Assembly: GCA_003660975.1 (NCBI GenBank)
Contig: QMVG01000002.1
Location: 53,850 to 117,849 of the forward strand
Length of the DNA: 64,000 nt
Origin: Candidatus Micrarchaeota archaeon
GTDB taxonomy: Archaea; B1Sed10-29; B47-G15
Reading direction: 5' to 3'
The notes under the pieces were generated by a model that was not told the DNA's origin, ran no database searches, and saw only the letters and a program-made list of their open reading frames with translations. Shown in pieces: positions 11,701-20,984 of the stretch (within the stretch, counting starts at the first letter, position 1; each line of letters opens with the position of its first letter). A program made the translations under genes and the position numbers.

Positions 11701-12348
11701 ATGGCAATTTTTAAGAAGAGCAAGTTAGCTACGAAGGACATACAGTCTCTTGTTCTTGAAATGATTACAAAGGCAAAGCCAAAGGAAGAGGTAATTCAGA
11801 CGCTGACAGCATCAGGTCTGTCTGGTGAAGAAGCCGAAATGATTTATGAATCTGCCAAAAAAGAGTACGAAAAGCTGCTGAAGTCAGAGATAGGCAAAGC
11901 AATACAAAAAGCGGCTGATGAAAGAAAGCAGGAGATTATAAGGCAATTGGAGGAAGAGATGGCAGCAATGGAAAAAGAGCTTAAAACACACCTGGACCTT
12001 GAAGCTATGAAGGAGAAACAGGAGCTCAACAAAAAACTTGAACATGTGGATGCAGAGGTTGGTGCCTTAAAGTCAGAGCTTTTTTCAGTCAAGATGGATA
12101 CAAAGAAAAAAATCAGTGAATTGGAAAGTGAAGTAGAGACAGTGCGCCTGAAAGGCTTTATAAAAATCCTGCTTTCCATTGTTACTATCTTAGCATCCAT
12201 TGTTATGGCCCTCTTCTCAGTCACTAATATATATAAGGTTTTAGCCAATATGGAAGGAGATGTTCTACTGCCAATCGTGCTTTATTTGGTTGTTTTCATA
12301 GGCGCAGTTATGTTTACTTGGCTTGGGGTTAAGGTCTACAGAGCATAG
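11701..12348 (+). CDS. Coiled-coil protein with two C-terminal TM helices
   Basis: E/K-rich heptad region followed by two hydrophobic segments. Confidence 0.7.
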   Translation: MAIFKKSKLATKDIQSLVLEMITKAKPKEEVIQTLTASGLSGEEAEMIYESAKKEYEKLLKSEIGKAIQKAADERKQEIIRQLEEEMAAMEKELKTHLDLEAMKEKQELNKKLEHVDAEVGALKSELFSVKMDTKKKISELESEVETVRLKGFIKILLSIVTILASIVMALFSVTNIYKVLANMEGDVLLPIVLYLVVFIGAVMFTWLGVKVYRA

Positions 12349-12356
12349 GAGATTTT

Positions 12357-13070
12357 ATGGCAGCAAAAGACGATATTTTATTTGAAGAGCTAGTCCAAAA
12401 GAAGAATAACTTAAGAAAAAAGCTTAGAGACATCAAAAAGAAAGTAGTTGACTTAAAGAAAAAGAGAGATGAGAAGAACAAGACAGTAGCGGAGAACAAA
12501 GAGAAAAGGAAGAAAGCGACAGCTAAAATAATAGCAATAAAAGCAGAGCTAGATGTCTTGAACAAAAAAATGAAGGACGCTCCTGAAAAAGCGTATGCTC
12601 TGCTTAAAAAGGAATATGACAGGCTTAATTGGAGATATCAAACAGAGGTATTTAGCAGGAAGAGAGAGGAAGCCATTGTAAAGAGATTGGACGAATTAGA
12701 GCTTGAGATGGAGAGGGCTAGGGAATATGAGGAGCTAAGGAGGAGGTACAAAAAACTCATTAGGCAAATGAAAGCTCTGAAAGAGGATGCAAAGACATAC
12801 CATGAAATAGTGATTCAGAACGCTGCTGAGAGCGAGGCTTACCACAGAGAGCTTGTTAAGTTATATGACTGCATGGACGAGCTGAAGAAGGAGCTTTCTT
12901 CTGTTGAAAAGCAATTGAAAGAGGAGTTTCCAGAAGCAAAAAGCATTGTGAGGAAAAGCCAGAAAAGGGAGATGAAGCAGAAGGCGACTCAAATACTTGA
13001 AGAGTTCAAAAAAGGCAAGAAAAAAATAACCACAGAGGATTTGGCCGTGCTCCAGCAACATTTGGTCTAA
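12357..13070 (+). CDS. Archaeal coiled-coil protein (COG1340-like)
   Basis: 'LNWRYQTEVFSRKREEAIV' and C-terminal 'FKKGKKKITTEDL' resemble this family. Confidence 0.7.
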   Translation: MAAKDDILFEELVQKKNNLRKKLRDIKKKVVDLKKKRDEKNKTVAENKEKRKKATAKIIAIKAELDVLNKKMKDAPEKAYALLKKEYDRLNWRYQTEVFSRKREEAIVKRLDELELEMERAREYEELRRRYKKLIRQMKALKEDAKTYHEIVIQNAAESEAYHRELVKLYDCMDELKKELSSVEKQLKEEFPEAKSIVRKSQKREMKQKATQILEEFKKGKKKITTEDLAVLQQHLV

Positions 13071-13121
13071 TTCAGGCAAAGCTTTTTAATCTATTCTGCT
13101 TTTTATTATCTTGGTGTAGCT

Positions 13122-13388
13122 ATGCCAGAGGACAAACCTTCTGATGAGGAAATGGCCTTTAAGTTGGTCAGCTTGTATGTCAGTGAAATTTCAAGGAAGG
13201 GAGAAAAAAGACAGATGGGTTTGGACACCATAATAAACGCTTACTTTTACACTCTCCTGCGGTTGAAGAAGAAAAGAAAGGAGATGGAATATATAGAACC
13301 AGCTGTTAAGAGGGAAGAGGAGGAATTGGCGAGCTCATTGGACGAACTTCCGATACCACAAATGGACGACCAGTTTAATTTTGACTAA
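13122..13388 (+). CDS. Hypothetical protein
   Basis: GGTGT RBS; 88-aa ORF that fills the gap; no recognised motif. Confidence 0.65.
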   Translation: MPEDKPSDEEMAFKLVSLYVSEISRKGEKRQMGLDTIINAYFYTLLRLKKKRKEMEYIEPAVKREEEELASSLDELPIPQMDDQFNFD

Positions 13389-14533
13389 TGCCTTGTGAGT
13401 ATCTGTATCACATCTCCGTCTGAGAGGCGATGCTCCCTTCCTATCTTCATCTTTTTCTTGCAGTCAAAGGCAGCTATGAACTTTTCCCCTATATCTGAAT
13501 GTATCTTATAAGCGAGGTCTATGGCAGTGCTGCCTCTTTCCATTAGGTAAGCATCAGGAAGCACATTGCCTTTTTTGTCTGAAAAGTGATTTCTATCTTC
13601 CACAGGGTATACAACAATGTAGCCCAGGCTTTCAAAAACTACCTTATTTAAGACCTGTTGCACTCCGGTGCTACCGTAAACATCCAATATCTTTTCCTTT
13701 ATGAATTCAAGCGCTTTTTTCTGTTTTCCAGATACTTCTTTCAGGTATTCAAAGCCAGAAGCTCCTGGCACATATCTTATTAATCCATCTGCATTGGCCC
13801 TTCTCAAAGCAAGCTCTGCCTCAGCGCAGACAGGTATTATATCATACTTTTTCTTTAGCCGTTTAAAGTTTTCCTGTGCAGATGGCAAATCTATTTTATT
13901 GCCTGCAAGCACAATGGGCTTATTTTTTTCTCTTATCCTTCTGGCAAGCTCATATAAGCCTTCATAACCTTCTTCCACAATTTCCCTGATAAGCTCTTCT
14001 TTCATGCCCAATCCTGAGAGCTGTTTGTACAACAGCTCATATAGCTTAAAACCCATTTTGCTCTTTCTCTCAATTTCCTTCCACTTCTTCTCAAGCATGC
14101 CCTCTATCCAAAAGTCAATTTCTTTCTCCAAAAATTCAATGTCTTTTTCAGGGTCATATCCCTCACAAGCCTCTCCCTTTTCATTGGTCATTCCAGACAA
14201 ATCAAGCACATGTATCAGAGCACTGGCTTCCATCAGGTCAGAGAGAAATTGATTTCCAAGCCCTTTGCCCAAATGCGCGTCAGGAACCAGACCAGCCACA
14301 TCAACGAGAGTAATTGGAATAAAGCGCATCCCATTCTCACATTTGCCATTTTTCGGCTTGCATTTTACATTGAGCTCTCTATCCACACAGGGTTTTGAAA
14401 CATACGACACGCCCACATTTGGTTTTATCGTAGTAAAAGGATACGCTGCCCTTGGCACATCTACCAGCGTAGCTGCTGAGAAAAAAGTACTTTTTCCCGA
14501 AGAGGGCTTGCCAACTATGCCTACTTTAAGCAT
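13385..14533 (-). CDS. ychF: OBG-family ATPase YchF/Ola1 with TGS domain
   Basis: GKPSSGKST, 'YPFTT', 'DVAGLV', 'GLGNQFL', NKID, C-terminal TGS. Confidence 0.93.
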   Translation of the reverse strand: MLKVGIVGKPSSGKSTFFSAATLVDVPRAAYPFTTIKPNVGVSYVSKPCVDRELNVKCKPKNGKCENGMRFIPITLVDVAGLVPDAHLGKGLGNQFLSDLMEASALIHVLDLSGMTNEKGEACEGYDPEKDIEFLEKEIDFWIEGMLEKKWKEIERKSKMGFKLYELLYKQLSGLGMKEELIREIVEEGYEGLYELARRIREKNKPIVLAGNKIDLPSAQENFKRLKKKYDIIPVCAEAELALRRANADGLIRYVPGASGFEYLKEVSGKQKKALEFIKEKILDVYGSTGVQQVLNKVVFESLGYIVVYPVEDRNHFSDKKGNVLPDAYLMERGSTAIDLAYKIHSDIGEKFIAAFDCKKKMKIGREHRLSDGDVIQILTRH

Positions 14534-14603
14534 GAAAATCTTCTGTTTTTTTCCTTATTAAAGCCTAACTAATTATAAAAAATAAGCGCCATAATATCTG
14601 CTA

Positions 14604-15863
14604 ATGTGGGTAGAAAAGTACAGGCCTAAGAACCTAGATGATGTGATAGGTTATCCTTCTGTAGTGGAAAAGCTCAGAATATGGGCAGACAACTGGGAAA
14701 AGGGCAGGCCCCAAAAAGCTCTTTTGTTCTCAGGCAGGCCAGGCATAGGAAAGACAGCAATAGCACTAGCCCTGGCATCCGAATATAACTGGGAAGTGCT
14801 TGAGATGAATGCTTCTGATATAAGGGATAAGAAAAGTATAGAAAGGATTGCTGGTCTTGCCTCTGTTTCAAGAACCTTTTCAGGCAATTTGAGGCTGCTT
14901 CTTTTTGACGAGATTGACGGTCTCTATGCTGCTGACAGGGGAGGAGCCTCTGCTGTGCTTAACATAATAAAGACAGCGAAGTGCCCTGTTATTTTAACAG
15001 CGAACAATGCATGGGACAGGAAGATTGCTAATTTGAGACCTGCTGTTGAGATTATAAGTTTCAAAAAAATCCACCACAGTTCTATAAAAAAGCTGCTCCA
15101 AAAGATAGTTAAAAAAGAAGGCCTTAACATACCAGACACGGTTATTTCATTTATTGCAGAAAATGCAGAAGGGGACGTGCGCTCTGCAATAAATGACTTG
15201 GAGAGCATTGCATTCTCAAAGCACTTTGACAAGGAAGTTCTTGAGAGCATCGCGAAGAGAAACAGGCAAGAGGACATATTCAATGCTATGAAAAAAATCC
15301 TGAAAGAAAAGAACTACTTTGAGAGCATATCAGTTGTTGATGAGCTTTCTGAAGACCCCTCCATGCTCATGGCGTGGATAGAGGAAAACATTCCAGCAGA
15401 GTACAAGAGAGCAGAAGACCTGTTTAGAGCTTTTGATATACTCTCTCGTGCAGACCTCTTTTTTGGGAGGACATTGAGCAGGCAGGATTACTCTTTATGG
15501 AGGTATGCAATTACACTTATGACAGCTGGCGTTAGCTATGCAAAAAAAGAAAAATACCCTGGCTTTACCAGATACAATTTCCCAAAGAAGATCTCTTATT
15601 TGTCAGCCAGTAAAAAGCAGAGGAACATCCTAAAAAGCATTGCCCTGAAAGTAGCTAAGCGCTGCCACCTGTCATCAAAAAAGGTTATTTTAGAATACAT
15701 GCCTCTGATAAAAGTTCTAGCAAAAAAAGAGGCAGTAAAGGTGGCTGCCCAGTTTGAGCTTTCAGATGAAGAGTTGAGTTATCTCGGTGTTAAAGACAGC
15801 AAAAAAGTTGTTAAGGAAGCAAATGCATTAAGGGAGGAATATATTAAAAAACTAGTCGCCTAG
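14604..15863 (+). CDS. rfcL: Replication factor C large subunit
   Basis: 'WVEKYRP', GRPGIGKT, 'EMNASD', 'DEIDG', 'WIEENIP'. Confidence 0.93.
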   Translation: MWVEKYRPKNLDDVIGYPSVVEKLRIWADNWEKGRPQKALLFSGRPGIGKTAIALALASEYNWEVLEMNASDIRDKKSIERIAGLASVSRTFSGNLRLLLFDEIDGLYAADRGGASAVLNIIKTAKCPVILTANNAWDRKIANLRPAVEIISFKKIHHSSIKKLLQKIVKKEGLNIPDTVISFIAENAEGDVRSAINDLESIAFSKHFDKEVLESIAKRNRQEDIFNAMKKILKEKNYFESISVVDELSEDPSMLMAWIEENIPAEYKRAEDLFRAFDILSRADLFFGRTLSRQDYSLWRYAITLMTAGVSYAKKEKYPGFTRYNFPKKISYLSASKKQRNILKSIALKVAKRCHLSSKKVILEYMPLIKVLAKKEAVKVAAQFELSDEELSYLGVKDSKKVVKEANALREEYIKKLVA

Positions 15864-17486
15864 TGGCTTTATATCTATTTCCAACGCAGACACTGGAAGC
15901 TCTATGTCAAAGTTGTTTAGCACAAGCGGATGAATCTCTCCCATGACACCTATTTTCTTTCCATCCAGAAGGATGGCAGCGCACCTTCCTCCTATGAAAG
16001 CAGGGTCTTTTTCTTCAACCACGTCTATCTTTTTTCCACACTCTCTTGCTACTGCCTCTGCCACTGCTTTTATTGATGAGAAATCAGCATTTTTGTGGCA
16101 CAGGGCAACTGCAAGATGCAATTCCTCTCTTGCCTTGTTTTCGCTTTTCTCATCTGGGAAAACAACACGGCCTATCTCAAAAATGTTCTGTGGGTATTCA
16201 TAATGCTTGTTTTCCGAAAGCACTTTCATAAGCCCTGGCAGCAGAGAGTTCCTGATAATATTGTAGTTTTCGTTCTTGGCATTGGCCAATTCAATATATT
16301 TTTCTGCTTTTCTGTTCATCTTTTTGAACTCTTCGTCTACATTTGTTAGGTGGTAATTGTAACACTCTAAGAAGGAAAAGCCAACACAGACCTCTGCAAT
16401 CTTTCTGGCTAATATCTCTTCATAGCTTTCTTCCCCCATTGTGTAAACATTTGGGATTTCTTCTTTAAAGTTGTCATATCCATAAGCAATTGAAATGTCA
16501 TTTATGAGGTCAACAGGATGCAATATGTCTGTTCTATATGCAGGATAAAGGACCTCCAAAACATCGCCCTTTACTCTTGCCTCATGCCCCATCATTGCCA
16601 GCAGTTTTGCCATTTCACTGCCAGAAAGCTTTAGACCAAGCCTCCTGTTCGCGTCAGCTATATCAACCTCCATGCTCAGTGGCTCTAGTTTAGGATAAGA
16701 AATTTCGTTAACCTTAACCTCATATATCTCTCCACCCATATCAGCCAACTGTGCAACAACAATATTTAATGTCTGCTCCACCGTTTGCTTATGCGTGCCA
16801 GTTACATCAATGAAAACATTTTTTGTTTTTTCTGTCACAGCTGTTTCTGCGCTGTTTATTATTGGTGGTAATGACAAAACCTGTTTCTTGCTGTCTATCC
16901 ATATAGGGTATTTTGGACCAGCTAGCAGGTGCCCGTATGCTTTTCCTTTGGGGTGCTCTTCAAGAATTTGCTTAACAGTCATCTCATTATCATAACCCAG
17001 GGGCCTAAACTTGAAGCTGCTGTCAACAGCCTTATATGTCAGCGGAAAAGTTATTGTGTCAAGGTCATACAGGCCTATGCTGGCTTTCTTCCTGTTTCTG
17101 CACTGGGTTGTATGCAACTTCTCTTGCATCTGCATTAAGCTTTTGACAGTATAGTCATCAACCTCTATGCCTTTTACTACTGCATTGGCCACGAACGGTC
17201 TTATCTTAACAGCGTCTTTCTCTAATATTGACTTATAATCTGATTTTTTTACTGCGTACCTTCTCAGCCCTGTTCTTATGCCCAAAAAAGATGAAAGCGC
17301 TCTGGCAAAGCCTTCCTCTGAAAGCATGTCAGGTCTGTTTGGAAATATCTCAACGTCTATCTCTGCGTCAGTCACGGCGCTGAGGTCTGTTCCTAACATA
17401 GGTATTTTCTCTATAAGCTCCTTATCACTAATTTCTTTTCCAAGGTAGTCAAGCACCTTTCTTTTGTTTAATATTATGTTCGGCAT
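15852..17486 (-). CDS. pheT: Phenylalanine-tRNA ligase beta subunit
   Basis: 'PNRPDMLS', 'QEKLH', 'PPIINS', 'YRTDILHPVD', 'GEIHP'. Confidence 0.96.
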   Translation of the reverse strand: MPNIILNKRKVLDYLGKEISDKELIEKIPMLGTDLSAVTDAEIDVEIFPNRPDMLSEEGFARALSSFLGIRTGLRRYAVKKSDYKSILEKDAVKIRPFVANAVVKGIEVDDYTVKSLMQMQEKLHTTQCRNRKKASIGLYDLDTITFPLTYKAVDSSFKFRPLGYDNEMTVKQILEEHPKGKAYGHLLAGPKYPIWIDSKKQVLSLPPIINSAETAVTEKTKNVFIDVTGTHKQTVEQTLNIVVAQLADMGGEIYEVKVNEISYPKLEPLSMEVDIADANRRLGLKLSGSEMAKLLAMMGHEARVKGDVLEVLYPAYRTDILHPVDLINDISIAYGYDNFKEEIPNVYTMGEESYEEILARKIAEVCVGFSFLECYNYHLTNVDEEFKKMNRKAEKYIELANAKNENYNIIRNSLLPGLMKVLSENKHYEYPQNIFEIGRVVFPDEKSENKAREELHLAVALCHKNADFSSIKAVAEAVARECGKKIDVVEEKDPAFIGGRCAAILLDGKKIGVMGEIHPLVLNNFDIELPVSALEIDIKPLGD

Positions 17487-17490
17487 GAAA

Positions 17491-18966
17491 TCAACCCATC
17501 AACCACTTTTTGCTTTGCCTCAATTTTTGGATGTCGTTTTTGTAAAGCTCTCTCAAGTCGTTTATCTTGTAGTAATCCATCATTATTCTGTCAAGACCAG
17601 GCCCCCACGCAAGCACAGGAATATCCTCTCCCAATAGAGGCACAACCACTTCTGGCCTAAATATGCCTGCTCCTCCAAGCTCTATCCATTGTTTCTGAGC
17701 AGGGTGGAATATCTCCATCTCTGTGCTGAAATATGTATAAGGGAAATAAGCAGGCCTAAATCTGGCTTTAAGCTTCATTTTTTTGAAGAACTGCTTCAGG
17801 TAGCCTAAAAGGTGTCTAAAATTGGCATTCTTATCAACAACTATACCCTCAAATTGGTTGAACTCAAAGCTGTGACTCCAATCAACTGTTTCATTCCTAA
17901 AGCACCTACCTATGGCAAAGTACTTTGCAGGCAGGTCTTTTTTTATGTCCAGAGACGCAAGTGTTATAGCACTTAGACAGGTAGTGTGTGTTCTCATGAC
18001 AAGTTTTTTAGCTTCATCTGCACTCCATTTGTAATTCCACCCTTTTGAGCCATGTCCCCCTTCTTCGTGCATTCTTTTGACTCTCTCAACAAGCTCTTTT
18101 TTTGGAAGCTCTCCTTTTCCCTTTACATAAAAGGTATCCTGCATTTCCCTTACTGGATGGTCTTGAGCAGTGAAGAGAGCGTCAAAATTCCAAAAAGCAG
18201 TCTGTATTAATGAACCAGTCATTTCCTTGAAGCCCATTTCAAGCCATATCTTTCTGGCATAGTCTTCTGCCTGCCTTACAAAATGCCTCTTTCCAGGATA
18301 TATGCTTCCTGCCTCTGCTTTAACATCATATTTTCTGAATACTAAGTTTTTCCATTTTCCTGTTTTTATCATTTCAGTGTTCAACTGTGATACTTCTTCT
18401 CTTGTTCCTTTTTTTAGCACAGACAGACCCGCGTTCGTTATCTTAGCGAAAAGCTTTTTCCTTTTCTTTAACTCAATCAAAGAGGCCCTTTTTTCCAGCT
18501 CTTTTAACGCTTTTATCTTGTCTTTGGGAATTTTTCCCTTGCTGATTAAAAACAGCATCTCCTCATGAGGCAGGCTTTTTTTCAAGAATTGCCTGCCTGT
18601 TGCTGTAATTTTTATTTTTCCAGAGGAGATTGTTGCAAGGTTCAGTTTTCTAGCCCATGTAAGAGCTATCTGAATTTCGTTTCCCAGCTCTTTTCTGGCC
18701 TGCTTTAAGCTGATCTCCTTTTCTTTTATAAGATTTAAAAGCCTCCTCTCAGGAAAGCCTTTTTTTATATATTCTCTTGCTTCATCTGACAATTTTATTT
18801 CAGTGAGCTCTTTTTCTTCAATGTCAACAAACTTTTTCTCAGCCAACATGGATATAGCATAGCTTACAGAAGCTTCAGGCAGTTTTGTTATCTTGCTCAA
18901 TTCACATAATTCTCTTTTCTTTCCATCTTTTAGAGCATTCAAAACTTTTATTTCGTGCTTGTGCAT
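17491..18966 (-). CDS. pheS: Phenylalanine-tRNA ligase alpha subunit
   Basis: 'FWNFDALF', 'HPVREMQDTF', 'RTHTT', 'FRNE', 'YFPYT', 'WGPGLDR'. Confidence 0.96.
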   Translation of the reverse strand: MHKHEIKVLNALKDGKKRELCELSKITKLPEASVSYAISMLAEKKFVDIEEKELTEIKLSDEAREYIKKGFPERRLLNLIKEKEISLKQARKELGNEIQIALTWARKLNLATISSGKIKITATGRQFLKKSLPHEEMLFLISKGKIPKDKIKALKELEKRASLIELKKRKKLFAKITNAGLSVLKKGTREEVSQLNTEMIKTGKWKNLVFRKYDVKAEAGSIYPGKRHFVRQAEDYARKIWLEMGFKEMTGSLIQTAFWNFDALFTAQDHPVREMQDTFYVKGKGELPKKELVERVKRMHEEGGHGSKGWNYKWSADEAKKLVMRTHTTCLSAITLASLDIKKDLPAKYFAIGRCFRNETVDWSHSFEFNQFEGIVVDKNANFRHLLGYLKQFFKKMKLKARFRPAYFPYTYFSTEMEIFHPAQKQWIELGGAGIFRPEVVVPLLGEDIPVLAWGPGLDRIMMDYYKINDLRELYKNDIQKLRQSKKWLMG

Positions 18967-18986
18967 ACTCTTACCCTTTTTATGAA

Positions 18987-19060
18987 TGGGGTGGGCCGGA
19001 TTTGAACCAGCGACACCCAGGTCTTCAGCCTGGTGCTCTCCCGGTCTGAGCTACCACCCC
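18987..19060 (-). tRNA. tRNA-Phe(GAA), intronless, CCA not encoded
   Basis: Reverse complement GGGGTGG-TAGCTCAG...CCAGG-CT-GAA-GA-CCTGG...GCTGG-TTCAAAT-CCGGC-CCACCCC-A folds as a cloverleaf. Confidence 0.97.
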
Positions 19061-19068
19061 TCGAAGAG

Positions 19069-19091
19069 TTAACGAAGCACTTCTTTATTAA
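19069..19091 (-). promoter_or_regulatory. Shared upstream motif TTAATAAAGAA-N7-GTTAA (copy 1, tRNA-Phe unit)
   Basis: 16 of 23 positions identical to the element upstream of tRNA-His. Confidence 0.55.
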
Positions 19092-19330
19092 TTATAGCTT
19101 TTAAACTGCCGGTTTTGAGGCCCAGAAAGAGCGCAAAACCAGCAGGCTAACTCATTGATTAAACACTGTAAATATAAACGCTGAGGCCTGCTTTCTGCTT
19201 TGCATGAAAATATTATTTTTTAGCTTTTATTTATATCTTTTCCTGGCACCCTGAAGAACACTCTCTTCAATACTTATCAGTTATTTCCAAACTTACTTAC
19301 TACTAACTTATTTAAGCTTCTTGCTTTCGC

Positions 19331-19549
19331 TTATATTACTCCTGCCTCTTCCTTTACTGCATCTACAAACATATCACTGCACTCATCAGAGCAAAAATGA
19401 TATGTATGCTCCACTCCCTGCCCATCCACTTCCATTGTTATTCTATCCGTGAACAATGCCTTCCCTGTCATCAGTTTTCCACAGTAGTCGCACCTATGGA
19501 TTACTCTGCCACAGGTATCGCAAATCCAAAACTCCTCTTTTTTCACCAT
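19331..19549 (-). CDS. Small TRASH/YHS-like metal-binding protein
   Basis: CDTC, CDYCG and FCSDEC motifs; GAGGT RBS. Confidence 0.75.
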   Translation of the reverse strand: MVKKEEFWICDTCGRVIHRCDYCGKLMTGKALFTDRITMEVDGQGVEHTYHFCSDECSDMFVDAVKEEAGVI

Positions 19550-19723
19550 CTTTATTACCTCATTGACTAATGCAATAGTTAATATAAAAAGCCCACCATC
19601 TTATAGTTGTAAAATAAATCATAACTCTGATCCTTTTTAGCTTTGAGTTTCAAAATCAAGCGCATTGCTTATTTTTGGGCCTTCTCTTTATAAATATCTT
19701 TTTACGTAATGCATATGGTGCTT

Positions 19724-20119
19724 ATGAAATTCGTTTTGGATGCGAGTGCTTTCATCAATGCTTCTGCCCTTGACGTGAATGAAGGTGATAGTTACTATAC
19801 TGTATCAGACGTTGAAGAAGAGATAAAAGATGCATCCTCCAAAGGCTTGTTGGAGAGATTGAAGGCCTCTAAGGCCTTGGTGTTTTTGAGCCCTTCAAAA
19901 GAAGCCATAAAAATAGTGGAAAAAGCCGCGTCTAGGTTGGGAAGCATAAGGCATCTGAGCAATACAGATATAAAGGTGCTGGCCCTTGCCCTTGATTTGA
20001 AAGCCACATTAATCTCAGATGACTTCACCATGCAAAACGTTGCTATGGACCTTGGCATAAGCTTTGAGGCTGTTTTGAGAGGCAAGATAAAAGAAAAGAA
20101 GCGTTTCAGGAAGATTTAA
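19724..20119 (+). CDS. Nob1-like PIN-domain nuclease lacking the Zn ribbon
   Basis: 'VLDASAFI', 'LSNTDIKVLALAL', 'SDDFTMQNVA'; ends where the Zn ribbon normally begins. Confidence 0.82.
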   Translation: MKFVLDASAFINASALDVNEGDSYYTVSDVEEEIKDASSKGLLERLKASKALVFLSPSKEAIKIVEKAASRLGSIRHLSNTDIKVLALALDLKATLISDDFTMQNVAMDLGISFEAVLRGKIKEKKRFRKI

Positions 20120-20940
20120 AGCTCTTTTTTAGGTAAGCTTATTTCCTCTTCACCAGCAAAGCTTTCTATTACGAGAGAAGCAATTTGCTTTCTGTAAATA
20201 ATCACCAGTACAAGCAGTATTAACAATGTAATGCTGTATATCGGTTTTTCTATCAGAAAGGCCACCAAGCCTGTTGCTAATCTCTGCAGGTCAAATGTCT
20301 CGCTTATAGTCTTTTCAACAGAGAATTTAAATTCAAACGTGTCAGCCAGCAATGGCTTGTTCCAGATGTAGACAAGCCTTCCTCCTGTTAACACACCTTT
20401 AACAACCTTCGCGCCTTCCACAATCTCGCTATCAGGTCTTGGATTTACACCTATGATTTCCAGTCTTTTTGAAGGAGATATCTTTATCTCAAGCGTATTT
20501 TTTCTAGGTATGACAAAACGCTTGGTTTCATTGTGGTAGTAAAGAAAGTCCTCTCCTCTAAGAACCCTAATTACTGCTCTTGGCCTCTCTTCTGATATTT
20601 TTGCCAGGTTTTTAACTTTGTATTGTATAACAATGTCTGTTCCGAATTGGGGGTCTGTTTCTGTGCTTACGCTGACGTCTTCAATATTCCCCTTAACATA
20701 AAAATCAATGTCATTCAAAAAGCTCTTCCAAAGATTAAGGTCATTTTTGGCAATTATGCTAAGGTTATGTAGTTGTTCAAACTCAGAGGTATTTTGTATG
20801 TCTACTTTATATTCTTCTGTTACTATAGCATCTCCATTTTCTTCTAAGATTATTTCTACATTGTGACCTATCAACTCCTTTGCATATGCAGGTCCTAACA
20901 ATACCATAAAAAGCAAAAACAATGCAATAACTCTTTTCAT
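20116..20940 (-). CDS. Secreted/surface hypothetical protein with C-terminal TM anchor
   Basis: Signal peptide (..AYA/K), C-terminal hydrophobic helix. Confidence 0.7.
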   Translation of the reverse strand: MKRVIALFLLFMVLLGPAYAKELIGHNVEIILEENGDAIVTEEYKVDIQNTSEFEQLHNLSIIAKNDLNLWKSFLNDIDFYVKGNIEDVSVSTETDPQFGTDIVIQYKVKNLAKISEERPRAVIRVLRGEDFLYYHNETKRFVIPRKNTLEIKISPSKRLEIIGVNPRPDSEIVEGAKVVKGVLTGGRLVYIWNKPLLADTFEFKFSVEKTISETFDLQRLATGLVAFLIEKPIYSITLLILLVLVIIYRKQIASLVIESFAGEEEISLPKKEL

Positions 20941-20984
20941 AACCCTCACCTATTTGATGGCTTTTAGCGCTTTTAAAGATTTTG

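Noticed and set aside
18987-19700. tRNA genes as integration sites for a mobile element
   Set aside because: No integrase, no duplicated tRNA 3' end seen, and both tRNA 3' ends abut housekeeping genes.
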